This document shows positions 39,552 through 48,332 of a stretch of 64,000 nt of DNA, piece after piece. Under the pieces are notes generated by a model. That model saw only the letters and a program-made list of their open reading frames with translations, was not told where the DNA came from and ran no database searches. The stretch is from Candidatus Latescibacterota bacterium (GTDB lineage: Bacteria; Latescibacterota; UBA2968; UBA8231). Position numbers and translations under genes: made by a program. The stretch covers positions 1,472,001 through 1,536,000 of the forward strand of contig OZ241889.1 in NCBI GenBank assembly GCA_965203355.1, written 5' to 3'. The first letter of the stretch is position 1. Each line of letters begins with the position of its first letter.

Positions 39552-40264
39552 TCGTTGATCCGCACCGCGGCCGAGGGGTCGTACCCTTGCAGGGTGTCGC
39601 GCTGGAAAGAGAAGCTCAGGTCAATCGCCTCTATGGGGTCGTCGGCGTAGTTGAAGCGCAAGACGATGTTCTCGAGGTGTACTTGGATTGCTCGCACATC
39701 GTCGGCGAGGACGGGAAAGACCAAATATCCCTGTTCTTCGTTGCCGCTGAATACTGTGGCATCGCTGTACAGCGTCCGCTTGAGCGCGTCTGTGCGGGCT
39801 TGAAAGGTCTTGCGCCCTTGGCCGGTGCGGCCCAGCCAAAACGAGCGAAAATACTGGTATAGCTGGGCGTAGCTCAGCGCCGCGTATTCCCGAGTGTTGG
39901 CGGCGGTAATACGCGCATTGAGTGGGTCGATTTTGACTTTGGGAAATTGATAGTTGTTGACCTTGAGGCGAAAGACGGTAAAGCGCGGCGGCGTCCACTC
40001 GTCGCCCGGGGCCGTCCATTCGCCAAAGGTATAGGGATTGTTAGCTTGGTCTGGCCCGGGGGCGAGGCGGTTTAATTCCGCGTCTGTCATGGGCTTGAGC
40101 TCAATCGACAGGCGGTCGAGGGCGTAGGTGATGGAGCCGTCGTCGTTGACGGTCATGCCCTCAGCTTGGCGGCTGGCGGGCTGGAGCGGCGTGTGAAAGT
40201 AGCGGCCGCAAGCCCCGGCCAGCAGGAGCAGCAGCAAAGGCCAAGCCCATAGCCGTTTGTCCAC
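39548..40264 (-). CDS. Predicted lipoprotein, unknown function
   Basis: Lipobox LAGA-C; ATGA-coupled to the downstream gene. Confidence 0.75.
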   Translation of the reverse strand: MDKRLWAWPLLLLLLAGACGRYFHTPLQPASRQAEGMTVNDDGSITYALDRLSIELKPMTDAELNRLAPGPDQANNPYTFGEWTAPGDEWTPPRFTVFRLKVNNYQFPKVKIDPLNARITAANTREYAALSYAQLYQYFRSFWLGRTGQGRKTFQARTDALKRTLYSDATVFSGNEEQGYLVFPVLADDVRAIQVHLENIVLRFNYADDPIEAIDLSFSFQRDTLQGYDPSAAVRINE

Positions 40265-40282
40265 GATGCAATCCCCCTTTAA

Positions 40283-40491
40283 GACAGTGGCCAGTGGTCA
40301 GTGTTCAGCCCCCGCAACCCCTCTATGGGGCGGGGCTGATCGGCGACTGGTCACTGACCACTGACCACTGGCCACTAAGTATTGCGACAGTGGCCAGTGA
40401 TTAGTGGTTAGCGGTCAGCCCCCGCAACACCCTCTATGGGGCGGGCTGACCAACCACTGACCACCGGCCACTGACCACTTAAGTACTGCGA
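40283..40491. repeat. Two tandem ~103-bp palindromic REP-like elements built from heptamers
   Basis: Each unit: GACAGTGGCCAGTG..CAGCCCCCGCAAC(A)CC(C)CTCTATGGGGCGGG(G)CTGA..CACTGACCAC..TAAGTAYTGCG; arms are inverted repeats. Confidence 0.85.
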
Positions 40492-40501
40492 TGCCTGTTG
40501 T

Positions 40502-41449
40502 CTAGAACGAGTTTTTGATCTTACCCCAAGTCGAGGACTCGACTGCCGTGGGGCTGTGGTACTCGCTCATGCGCAGCAGCTTGGCAATGGAGTAGTACTG
40601 CCGCGACGAGGCTTCGGGGCCGCGGGTGGTCCAGTCGTTGCGACCGCCCGGGGTGCCGTCTTCGCTGGGCGAGAAGCTAGAATCCGGGCCTTCGCCGTCT
40701 TCGTACCACATGGCGAAAGGCAGGCCCGCGCCGTCTTCACCGGCCACTGTGTCTAGCTGCCACACCTCGCTCGCCGACGGACCAGCGTCTTCTTGGAAGG
40801 CGAGGACCTTGATGCTCCACTCGTAGTACGTGGTGCCACCCTCAGTCCACAGGTCGGCGGCCCAGGCTTCGGGCGGATCGACGCGCACGGCCATTTCGAC
40901 CCACGGCGATTCCCCGTACTCGGCCCACGCCTCTTGCTCGGTGTAGCGGAAAGCGACGTTGGTCGGCGGGCTGAGGTCGCCCGGGGCCATCAGCCACTCC
41001 ATGGTGTAGCCCGAAGCCGGGCTGCGCTCGCGCCCGTGATCTTGTGGATCGAGGCCGACCTGTAGCATGTCGCCGTCCCAGCGGGCGACATCCGTGCCGG
41101 CGTGCGCCAACACGTCGTCAACCGCTTCCAAGAAGCAGTACCAACGGTTGTCGTCGCCGCCTTTCCAACCCATGAAGGTGGTGATGAACAGGTCGTCGCG
41201 GTCTGGAGCCGGTCGGTCGCCTTCGTCGCGCCACTCGTCCATGGTCAGGGTGTACTCCGGGTCAAACCAACCCCAGTCCTCGCCATGGGCGTCGATGGTG
41301 ATGGCGCCGGGATCGGGCACTTCGAGCATGTAAAACCAAAATCCCTGACTGCCGTTGCGGTCCTCTAAGGCCGGGGGATCGAAAAACTGGGCATTCGCCA
41401 CCCCGACGAGGGCGAGGCTGAAAATGCCTGCGATAGTGAATCGCCGCAT
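40502..41449 (-). CDS. Secreted acidic protein (CBM9/DOMON-like) with C-terminal AVESSTWGKIK motif
   Basis: RBS AAGGAG; signal peptide MRRFTIAGIFSLALVGVANA; ITIDA..DW, WDGD; ends PTAVESSTWGKIKNSF. Confidence 0.8.
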   Translation of the reverse strand: MRRFTIAGIFSLALVGVANAQFFDPPALEDRNGSQGFWFYMLEVPDPGAITIDAHGEDWGWFDPEYTLTMDEWRDEGDRPAPDRDDLFITTFMGWKGGDDNRWYCFLEAVDDVLAHAGTDVARWDGDMLQVGLDPQDHGRERSPASGYTMEWLMAPGDLSPPTNVAFRYTEQEAWAEYGESPWVEMAVRVDPPEAWAADLWTEGGTTYYEWSIKVLAFQEDAGPSASEVWQLDTVAGEDGAGLPFAMWYEDGEGPDSSFSPSEDGTPGGRNDWTTRGPEASSRQYYSIAKLLRMSEYHSPTAVESSTWGKIKNSF

Positions 41450-41516
41450 AGGTATAACTCCTTGCGTTTGAAGTGGACGCCTAGGGAGAAGCCCCCGGCG
41501 CGTTGGGCGATGTTCA

Positions 41517-41546
41517 ATTATAAACAAACAAAGATGATAAAATCAA
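41517..41546 (-). promoter_or_regulatory. Putative sigma70 promoter heading the surface-protein operon
   Basis: TTGATT-18 nt-TATAAT on the minus strand in an AT-rich patch. Confidence 0.55.
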
Positions 41547-41564
41547 CACGTCTGTCTCAGGGGG

Positions 41565-42347
41565 CTAGCGGGGCGGATAGATTGTGGATTGATTGTACGG
41601 AATAATTATCGGCTCAACGGCGCCGAGCGCCGCCGCCCAGGCTCGGGGATCGTAGTTGCGGGCGACAAAGCAGGCGTAGTGGGCTGGCACGGCGGCCTTT
41701 AGGCCGAGCGCCGAGGCCATTTTGGCCGAGCCGGCAAAGAAGGGGAATTCTCCTTCGCTGGGGTGATTGGTCAGCAGCCCAATGTCGGGTTTGAGCTGGC
41801 GGATGGGTGCGAGTAATGCTTCGTGCTCGGCAAACGTGTTGACCGGATCGCCCGAGATGTACACGCGCACCCCGCCCGCCTCCACCACGTAGCCGAGATG
41901 GGTTACATCGGGCGGAGCGATGCCGTCGCTGGGCAAGCCCTCCGGGGATTTGGCGTACACCGCGTGGGCCGTCATGGTGCCCAGTTTGGCTGTGTCGCCA
42001 GCGGCAACCGTTGTTGCGGCCGCAATGCCCGCCTCGCGGACGCGCTGGATGCTCTCGGCTGGGCCGACGATCTGCACGGCTGGATAGGCCGCGGCAATGC
42101 GCGCAATGGACTCGGTGCAGGTGTGGTCGCCATGGTCGTGGGTCAGGAGCACGAAATCCGTGTGTAGCGATGCTTCGTGCAGCGGCGGGCGGGCGTGGAT
42201 AAAGCGGTCGGCCGGCCGTTGGTGGGGGTAATAGGGATCGACTTGGACGATGGTGCCCGGCGCGTCCTTGAGGCCAAACGCGCTCTGGCCAAACCAGTGG
42301 ATGCCAACCGCGCCTTCGCGTACTACCAGCGATTCAAATGGGTGCAT
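41565..42347 (-). CDS. MBL-fold metallo-hydrolase (UlaG-like)
   Basis: HWFGQS, THDHGDH, YISGD, VPAHY. Confidence 0.88.
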   Translation of the reverse strand: MHPFESLVVREGAVGIHWFGQSAFGLKDAPGTIVQVDPYYPHQRPADRFIHARPPLHEASLHTDFVLLTHDHGDHTCTESIARIAAAYPAVQIVGPAESIQRVREAGIAAATTVAAGDTAKLGTMTAHAVYAKSPEGLPSDGIAPPDVTHLGYVVEAGGVRVYISGDPVNTFAEHEALLAPIRQLKPDIGLLTNHPSEGEFPFFAGSAKMASALGLKAAVPAHYACFVARNYDPRAWAAALGAVEPIIIPYNQSTIYPPR

Positions 42348-42442
42348 GATTTTTCCCCGCAAGCGTGAAGCCGAGTTGCAACCCGGCGTGCGTTCTATAA
42401 GTTTCGATACAAGTTACAAGGTGGCAGAATGGGGAGCAACCG

Positions 42443-43720
42443 ATGAACAATTCCACGCTTTTTGACACTTCGTATCAACGCCGCAAGTGGGCGTTGTTAG
42501 AGCAACTGCTGGAGCGGCTGGTGCCGATCTACACCGCGGAGGAGGTCGCGGCACTGCGCATTGACGCGGTTGACCGGGACATTCTCTCGCAGCGCTCCGG
42601 GCGCGGGTTTGTCAATCGCGATTTGCTGGAAACGGTTTTGGGCAATTTGCTCGAATGCGTGGCCCCGGGTTCGCACAATGCCTTGGGGCTGGGGCACCAA
42701 AAGCCGTCGCTCGACGAGGCCATCGGCGAGATTGCCGACCAACTCTACGCGATGATCGCCCAGTCTTTTTTGGCGGCTGGCGAGAGCGAGGGCGCCGAAG
42801 AGAAGGCCCTGATGAACACCATCTGCTTGCTATGGGAATTGCCGGCCTACAAGGTGCGCGCTCACTGGAACCGCTTTGCTTCGCTTAGGGATCCGGCCGT
42901 TTGGGACGCCTATTTGCTCGACAACTGCGGGCTGACGCAGGAACAGCTACTCAAGATCGACTTCCGGGATGCTTTGGAAGAGACGATTCGCCGCCGCGAC
43001 TTCGACTACTATCGCCGCTTCCTCAGGGCGTTGGAGTGCGACTCCATTTTCGATTATCAGATGCAGCTCGTGATGAGCACCTATCCGGGCTGGCGGGTGC
43101 TTTTTTACCACGACATTGCCCACGCCCTGACGCGCTCCGGCTCGGTGGCCGGCAAATCCGGGCTGATGCGGCGGCCGGTGCCCTTGCTGCCCCGGGCCAT
43201 TTCCGAGTTGGCGGGCCGCTACTATCAGGCGGATCTCCATCCCGAAACGCAGATCGGCGATGCTAACTTTCTCGATCATCCCCATCGCGGAATCACCACC
43301 GGGCAGACGGGTATTGTCGGCAGTGGGTGCCACCTGTACCCGTGTACTTTGGGCGGCCTCAGCGGCAAGGTGCAGCAGCGTCATCCCATCATTGGCGACT
43401 ACGTGTTTATCGGTACGGACGCCGGGATTTTCGGCCCCGTGCAAGTGGGCGACCGCACGGCGATTGGCGCCAACACCGAAATTAACGGCATCGTCGCGAT
43501 TGGTGCGGATTGCCGGATCGGCGTGTCGGTATCTATTGGCACGGTCACTGCGAGGACGGCACGGCCTGGCGCGATTAAATTGGGGGCCGGGGTGCGGGTG
43601 GGGGCTGGCACTGTCATTGAAAATGACTCGCCGCTCGAATTAGTCATCCCCGACCAATCGGTGATTCCAGTGCGTAGCCATGTAGTCAACGATGGCTGTG
43701 GCGGGCCGAAGTTCGTGTAA
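42443..43720 (+). CDS. Serine O-acetyltransferase-like (CysE family) protein with long N-terminal extension
   Basis: TYPG, DLHP..IG..FLDH, TLGG..RHPIIGDYVFIG, extended hexapeptide repeats. Confidence 0.75.
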   Translation: MNNSTLFDTSYQRRKWALLEQLLERLVPIYTAEEVAALRIDAVDRDILSQRSGRGFVNRDLLETVLGNLLECVAPGSHNALGLGHQKPSLDEAIGEIADQLYAMIAQSFLAAGESEGAEEKALMNTICLLWELPAYKVRAHWNRFASLRDPAVWDAYLLDNCGLTQEQLLKIDFRDALEETIRRRDFDYYRRFLRALECDSIFDYQMQLVMSTYPGWRVLFYHDIAHALTRSGSVAGKSGLMRRPVPLLPRAISELAGRYYQADLHPETQIGDANFLDHPHRGITTGQTGIVGSGCHLYPCTLGGLSGKVQQRHPIIGDYVFIGTDAGIFGPVQVGDRTAIGANTEINGIVAIGADCRIGVSVSIGTVTARTARPGAIKLGAGVRVGAGTVIENDSPLELVIPDQSVIPVRSHVVNDGCGGPKFV

Positions 43721-43741
43721 TCTGTCAAATTTGTCTCGACG

Positions 43742-43777
43742 GTTCTTTTTGGCGGATACTTTTGTCGCCTAAGAAGC
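43742..43777. terminator. Possible bidirectional hairpin terminator between convergent genes
   Basis: TTCTTTTTGGCGGA..TGTCGCCTAAGAA imperfect stem. Confidence 0.3.
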
Positions 43778-43790
43778 AACTAATAATTGC

Positions 43791-44579
43791 TCATCTCCCC
43801 TTCCACTGCGGTTTGCGTTTTTCGGCGAATGCCCGCGGCCCCTCGGCGTAGTCCTCCGACCGCCGCAGGCGGCGCACGGCCGTCAGGTCCTCCAGTTGGC
43901 TCTGCGCTTGAGCGATGGGGGACTCGATGGTGTGTAGCACTACCTGCTTGGCGGCTTGGACGGCGAGGGGGCCGCACGATAGGATTTCGGTGGCCCAGCG
44001 CTCGGCCGTGGCCATCACAGGTTCGTCGTCGGCGACTTCATTGACCAAGCCCATGGCTAGGGCTTCCCGCGCCGAGAATAGCTTGCCGGTCAGGAGCATG
44101 CCCATAGCTAAGTGGTAGGGGATGCGACGCGGCAGTTTGAGCGCGCCACCGGCATCGGCTAGCAGACCGCGCCGGGCCTCGGGAAAACCAAAGCGGGCCT
44201 TTGCGGTTGCCACGATCAGGTCGCAGTGCAGGGCCAGTTCTAGGCCGCCGCCGATGGCATAACCGTTGACGGCGGCGATGATCGGCTTGTAGCAGCGGTC
44301 GAGGATGTGGACCGGGGAATGGACCGGGTTGCGGAGCGGCTCGTCGTCTGTTTGTTCGACGCGGTATTTCAAGTCCAAGCCAGCCGAGAACGCGCGCTCG
44401 CCAGCACCGGTGAGAATCGCGACCCAAACTTGGTCGTCGGCAATAAAGTCGTCCCAAGCCCTATTCAGTTCGGCGTGGGCCGGGGGATGCAGGGCGTTCA
44501 TCACCTGCGGCCGATTCACCGTCACGTAGGCGATGCGGCCTTTTTTCTCGTAGAGGATGTGCTCGAATGGTGGGGTCAT
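43791..44579 (-). CDS. Enoyl-CoA hydratase / crotonase family (CaiD-like)
   Basis: NRPQVMNAL, AFSAGLDLK, AAVNGYAIGGGLEL, PEARRG, AFAEKRKPQWKGR. Confidence 0.92.
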   Translation of the reverse strand: MTPPFEHILYEKKGRIAYVTVNRPQVMNALHPPAHAELNRAWDDFIADDQVWVAILTGAGERAFSAGLDLKYRVEQTDDEPLRNPVHSPVHILDRCYKPIIAAVNGYAIGGGLELALHCDLIVATAKARFGFPEARRGLLADAGGALKLPRRIPYHLAMGMLLTGKLFSAREALAMGLVNEVADDEPVMATAERWATEILSCGPLAVQAAKQVVLHTIESPIAQAQSQLEDLTAVRRLRRSEDYAEGPRAFAEKRKPQWKGR

Positions 44580-45099
44580 GTGTTCTCCTTATTGGATGTT
44601 CTGTTGCGGTCTCCCAAGCGAAAATCTCAGGCGGCGATGGTGTTGACTTTGCATAGTCCAATCACTAAAAACACCAAGAAGATTCCGAGCCTTGCACGGA
44701 CATCAATGAAAAGACATAGGCTAAAGAATGGAGCAAAAAGTGAAAAACCACCGCGTCAGAATGATACGCACACCTGAAAAAACTCCGCAACTCCCGATCC
44801 CCAAAGGTGTGCCATGCGGAATTACCGGCCGGATGAAGGAGCTAGCTGGACGCGGATTCAGCGCGCGGCCGAACCGTGTTTCGGCGTTGACGACCCGCTT
44901 TTTGCGCGAAGAGAATAGCCAACAGGCTTGGGCGGAAGTCGCGTCCGTTTTGCAACATCCGGTCTTAGAAGCCTTTTTAAAATGCTCGTCGGACTACTTC
45001 AACAGGCCGTCGAGCGGTTCCTGGATCGGGCGTTTTCCGCGGGCGAGACTCCAGTACTACTAGGCTTTTTTCGGTTCAAAAAACAAGTGGTTTTTAGCT

Positions 45100-45807
45100 A
45101 TGGATCGACTCATCCTCTTGCTGCTCTGGACCGCGCTGGCGGGTGCTTGCATCCCCATCGGGGCGCTGTTGGCCCACATGGGACGCATCCGTCCGCAGTG
45201 GCTCGAAGAAGAACTGCGCCACTTCACAATCGCGTTTGGCGGCGGCATTCTAGTCGGCGCGGTAGCTCTGGTTCTGGTTCCGAAGGGCATTGAGCGACTG
45301 CCGCATCCGCTCGCCGCGCTCGCCGCGTTGATCGCTGGTGGCCTTGCATTCATGGCGTTTGATCGGTATCAGGCAAAACGACAGCGGTCGGCGCCGCAGT
45401 TTAGTGCCATGGCGGCCGACTTTATTCCAGAATCGCTTGCACTCGGGGGCATGTTTGCTGGCGACGAGGAAGGCACTGTTTTGTTGGCCGTGCTCATCGG
45501 TTTGCAGAATCTGCCCGAGGGGTTCAACGCTTGGCGCGAAGTGGCGGGCCACGGCCGCCACAGACGGGCGCTGGTCTGGATGCTGCTGCTCGGACTGGTC
45601 GGCCCGGTCTGCGGACTCATTGGCTGGTTCTGGCTCGCCGATTACCACGCGATACTTGGTGCTATCATGCTGTTCGCCGCTGGCGGCATCCTCTACCTCA
45701 CATTCGAAGACATCGCACCCCAAGCACGCCTTGAACGCCACTGGGCACCGCCCATTGGTGCCGTATGCGGCTTTGCGCTGGCCTTGCTGGGCGACATGCT
45801 GCTTTGA
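45100..45807 (+). CDS. ZIP/ZupT family divalent metal transporter
   Basis: AFGGGIL, DFIPE, QNLPEG, FAAGGILY. Confidence 0.85.
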   Translation: MDRLILLLLWTALAGACIPIGALLAHMGRIRPQWLEEELRHFTIAFGGGILVGAVALVLVPKGIERLPHPLAALAALIAGGLAFMAFDRYQAKRQRSAPQFSAMAADFIPESLALGGMFAGDEEGTVLLAVLIGLQNLPEGFNAWREVAGHGRHRRALVWMLLLGLVGPVCGLIGWFWLADYHAILGAIMLFAAGGILYLTFEDIAPQARLERHWAPPIGAVCGFALALLGDMLL

Positions 45808-45823
45808 AGTGCTGGAAACCGCG

Positions 45824-46657
45824 CTAGCCCCGCGACGGCTCGGGCATCTCGGCCCGCGCCTTTGCCGCTAGGTCTTTGAGATGGCCGTCGTTGGCCAGGC
45901 GCTGCTCGAGATGTACCATACGGCGTTTGCTCGCCGTGGCGATCATGGTCTCGCCGTACGCGTGCTCCGCCCAGAAGCGGGCCAGCCCAGCGATGTCTTG
46001 TTTGACGAGATCGATCTGATCCTCGGGTACGCGCACCATGCAGTTGATGGTGAACATGCGGCGGCGGCCACCACCGCCGAAGGCTGCGTGTTTGAGGTTG
46101 TGCTGAAAGACGACGACGTCTCCGGGGACGACCTCCAAAGCGACAGCCGGGACTTGGTCGCCGGAGAGGCCCCACTGGGCCTGCGAGCACCGTGCGTTCG
46201 CTTCGAGCGTCTCGGCGTACTGATCGCCTCGGCGGTGGCTGCCCGGGATCACGCGCAGGCAGCCGGTGTCGCGGGTCAGGCGGTCGAGGTAGAAGGCGAT
46301 TTTGACATGGCGCACTTCCTTCTGATAACCGTCAGAGTGCCACTCGGTATCACCGGCGTAGTAGTTGCCGTCGGAACCGCTGTAGTTGAAGTCGTCGCCG
46401 AGCAGACTGGCCAGCAAGCCCTCGATGCGCGGGTCGTCGAGCAGCGCGCATAGGCGCTCGTGTTGATCGATGAAAGGCACGATGCAGGAGCGCCGTTGGC
46501 CGTCGTGCGGTTGGCCGTGGTGGCCGCCGCCGCGCTCGGCCCAGACCTGCTCAAAGGCGTCGATGATTTCGTCGATGCAGTCGGCCATCAGCCCCGGCAG
46601 CGCGAGGTAGCCGAAGGCGTCGAAAAAGTTGAGTTGCTGTTGGTTGAGGCGAATCAT
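45824..46657 (-). CDS. Phytanoyl-CoA dioxygenase (PhyH) family Fe(II)/2OG oxygenase
   Basis: FFDAFGYL, WHSD, GCLRVIPGSH, PGDVVVF..LKH..RRM. Confidence 0.88.
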   Translation of the reverse strand: MIRLNQQQLNFFDAFGYLALPGLMADCIDEIIDAFEQVWAERGGGHHGQPHDGQRRSCIVPFIDQHERLCALLDDPRIEGLLASLLGDDFNYSGSDGNYYAGDTEWHSDGYQKEVRHVKIAFYLDRLTRDTGCLRVIPGSHRRGDQYAETLEANARCSQAQWGLSGDQVPAVALEVVPGDVVVFQHNLKHAAFGGGGRRRMFTINCMVRVPEDQIDLVKQDIAGLARFWAEHAYGETMIATASKRRMVHLEQRLANDGHLKDLAAKARAEMPEPSRG

Positions 46658-46788
46658 GGCGGTCTCCCTGAGTGCTTGACGGAGGGTGGGGAAGGCGATA
46701 CATTGGCGGCGTTTTAGACGCCGTGGCGAATCTAATGAAGTGCCTATCTTCATTCAATGTTTGATACCGACAGCCGTAGAAGGCCGCG

Positions 46789-47211
46789 ATGAAAATTGTC
46801 GATGTGGGTGCCGTGCTGCTGCAACCCATGCCGTGGGTGCTGGTGAAGGTGCGCACGGATGAGGGTATTACCGGCCTGGGCGAAGCCTATCACGGGGCCG
46901 GCGTCCACCACATCGCCGTTGATGAACGCCTCACCCAACGCGCCCTCATCGGTCAAGACCCGCGCAACGTCGATAAGCTCTTCCGCGACATGAAAAGTTC
47001 GATGTCGGCGTCGGGGTACTATCAAGGGGCGGTGATGAGCGCGATCAGCGGCCTTGAGATGGCGCTGTGGAACAGCCTCGCGGTGGAGCGCGACCTGATC
47101 GTCAACGGGCGGATCGCCTTGCCGCAGGCTCCCGGGCTCGGCGTTGCACTTGACGAGGAGGTCGCGCGTAGCGCGGTGCGCGAAGACCTCGGCTTCTCCG
47201 CGGCGGAGTAG
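46789..47211 (+). pseudogene. Mandelate racemase / MLE (enolase superfamily) gene lacking its TIM barrel
   Basis: N-domain (VLVKVRTDEGITGLGE..AISGLEMALW) joined in frame to the extreme C-terminus (NGRIALPQAPGLGVALDEE); only 140 aa. Confidence 0.85.
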
Positions 47212-47218
47212 AGCCGAC

Positions 47219-48220
47219 TTGTCGCTTAACTACGCATTTCGCCGCTTGGGCGTGTTCCTGCTGATCGTGTGGGCCGGGGCTACCATTAACTTCTTGATGC
47301 CTCGGCTGGCTCCGGTAAACCCCATCCGCGAGCGTCTGTTGCAGGCGGTTTCCTTTGGCGGTGCCGGCAAGACCGACATGGAGGCCGTGGTGGCCACGTA
47401 CGAGGCTCGCTTCGGGCTTGACCAGCCCCTGTGGAAGCAGTACCTGCGCTATCTCGGGGACGTGGTGCGCCTCGACTTTGGGGTTTCCATCGCCAATTTT
47501 CCGAGCCGCGCTTCCGACATTATCATGCGTGCGCTGCCGTGGACGCTTGGGCTGCTGACGACGGCGACGCTGATTGCCTTTGCTCTTGGCACGGTGCTCG
47601 GTGCGCTGCTGGCTTGGCCGCGAACGCCCGGTGCCCTGCACTACTTTGCCGCGCCTTTCTTGGCGCTGTCGGCGATTCCTTATTACTTGCTTGGACTGGT
47701 GCTCGTCTTTCTCCTAGGTTTCACCTTGCGTGCCTTTCCCCTCGGCGGCGGCTTTACCTTGGGAACGCTGCCTGGGCCGACCTGGGCCTTTGCCCTGGAC
47801 GTAATTTATCACTCCATCGTCCCCGCCCTGTCGATCGTGTTGTCGTCGGTGGGGTTTTGGGCTTTGTCGATGCGCGGTATGATGGTCACTGTCCAAGGCG
47901 AGGACTACGTCAACTACGCCGAAGCCCGGGGATTGAAGAGCCGCGACATCTTCTTCCGCTACGCCTTGCGCAACGCCCTATTGCCGCAGACTACGGCCTT
48001 GGCGCTGGCCATGGGGTACGTGGTGTCTGGGGCTGTGCTGGTGGAGGTGGTATTTGCGTATCCGGGCGTGGGCACGGTGCTGTACCGAGCCGTGCAGACT
48101 TTTGATTACTTCGTCATCTACGGCGTCGTGATCATGGTCATTTTGGCTATCGCCGTAGTGACCTTGATCCTCGATTTGGTTTACCCGCTCCTCGATCCGC
48201 GCATTGCCTACCGCCGATGA
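47219..48220 (+). CDS. Peptide/nickel ABC transporter permease (DppB/OppB-like)
   Basis: FGLDQPLWKQYLRY, DFGVS, EDYVNYAEARGL, VEVVFAYPGVG, LDPRI; TTG start after GGAG. Confidence 0.92.
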   Translation: MSLNYAFRRLGVFLLIVWAGATINFLMPRLAPVNPIRERLLQAVSFGGAGKTDMEAVVATYEARFGLDQPLWKQYLRYLGDVVRLDFGVSIANFPSRASDIIMRALPWTLGLLTTATLIAFALGTVLGALLAWPRTPGALHYFAAPFLALSAIPYYLLGLVLVFLLGFTLRAFPLGGGFTLGTLPGPTWAFALDVIYHSIVPALSIVLSSVGFWALSMRGMMVTVQGEDYVNYAEARGLKSRDIFFRYALRNALLPQTTALALAMGYVVSGAVLVEVVFAYPGVGTVLYRAVQTFDYFVIYGVVIMVILAIAVVTLILDLVYPLLDPRIAYRR

Positions 48221-48225
48221 CGCTC
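48193..48225 (+). repeat. Left copy of an exact 33-bp direct repeat
   Basis: CGATCCGCGCATTGCCTACCGCCGATGACGCTC, identical to 49661-49693. Confidence 0.95.
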
Positions 48226-48252
48226 TTGCTCCGATATTGCCGGTAATACTAT

Positions 48253-48281
48253 TTGCCAATTGTGTCTTGAACTGGTAATCT
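48253..48281 (+). promoter_or_regulatory. Putative sigma70 promoter inside the inserted cassette
   Basis: TTGCCA-17 nt-TAATCT in the AT-rich leader of the ATPase gene. Confidence 0.4.
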
Positions 48282-48332
48282 TTTTGTCCGGTTTAATGTA
48301 GAGTCGGGAACAAAACTGACTGACATTGCATT

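Noticed and set aside
40283-40491. Possible CRISPR array
   Set aside because: Only two long units with near-identical interiors, no unique spacers and no cas operon.
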